Source: an uncultured delta proteobacterium (lineage in GTDB: Bacteria > Desulfobacterota > Desulfobacteria > Desulfobacterales > B30-G6). Taken from it: a DNA stretch of 64,000 nucleotides. The stretch spans positions 1,944,100-2,008,099 of the forward strand of contig CAWGLD010000001.1 in assembly GCA_963823335.1 (NCBI GenBank). The letters run 5' to 3'. The stretch's first letter is position 1; the number at the start of each line of letters is the position of its first letter. The position numbers and the translations under genes are program-made. The notes beneath the pieces were generated by a model, which was not told the DNA's origin, made no database searches, and saw only the letters and a list, made by a program, of their open reading frames with translations. Positions 63,704 through 64,000 of the stretch are shown piece by piece.

Positions 63704-64000
63704 ATGAAAGATGAAATCAACACCGAGCCCCAAGACCATGCGCACCCCCGCATAAAAGAGCTGAGCGAACTTCTGGATGCGGTGCATCAGTTGAGCGATA
63801 CCCGATGCTCAGATGAACTGTATGAGATTTTTGCCGACATTCTCCGCCGGAAACTGGGTACCGACGCCATTGCTATTTTCAATTTCAATCAGGAAATCAA
63901 CAGTTTTAACCTCGTTTACAACCAGGGGTTCAAGGTCTGGAAAGATGAACTCAAAAATGGGGATGGCTTTTTATCACGGCTGCGCCAAAACGCTTTTCAA
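63704..64000 (+). CDS. Partial ORF running off the window, possible GAF-domain signalling protein
   Basis: MKDEINTEP...ELSELLDAVHQLS...ELYEIFADILRRKLGTDAIAIF...FNLVYNQG. Confidence 0.5.
   Translation, partial: MKDEINTEPQDHAHPRIKELSELLDAVHQLSDTRCSDELYEIFADILRRKLGTDAIAIFNFNQEINSFNLVYNQGFKVWKDELKNGDGFLSRLRQNAFQ

Overview
Anaerobic bacterial chromosomal window; gene content and repeat style suggest a deltaproteobacterium such as Desulfobacterota (inference). It has four blocks. (1) 0-21.4 kb: an acyl-CoA/lipid catabolism cluster (ADP-forming acyl-CoA synthetase, 3-hydroxyacyl-CoA dehydrogenase, Fe-S protein, AraC regulator, ABC binding protein, hydrolase, enoyl-CoA hydratase, two AMP ligases, SDR, OYE-SCP2 fusion, ACAD, SCP-x-type thiolase, two-subunit CoA transferase). 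(2) 21.7-33.5 kb: transport and metabolism genes (MATE, abfD, hbd-like, MFS, DUF3124, aminotransferase, corA, MscS). (3) 33.5-50.5 kb: a sigma-54-driven HMA/DUF2318/ABC metal-handling operon, a FabK-MOSC-HTH-fdhD block with a two-component pair, ABC-F, a histone-like protein, and gdhA with an upstream REC/PPDK-like protein. (4) 50.7-63.7 kb: a complete reductive pyrimidine catabolism cluster. Intergenic DNA is densely colonised by small non-coding repeats: a modular TTGAA...TTCA palindromic element (7 copies, variable hairpin cargo), a TA-flanked MITE, REP-like palindromes and inverted 7/8/9-mer arrays. Many genes at 2.4-12.2 kb and 50.9-54.4 kb are split by single-base indels, probably long-read errors. 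No rRNA, tRNA, CRISPR array or transposase was seen.
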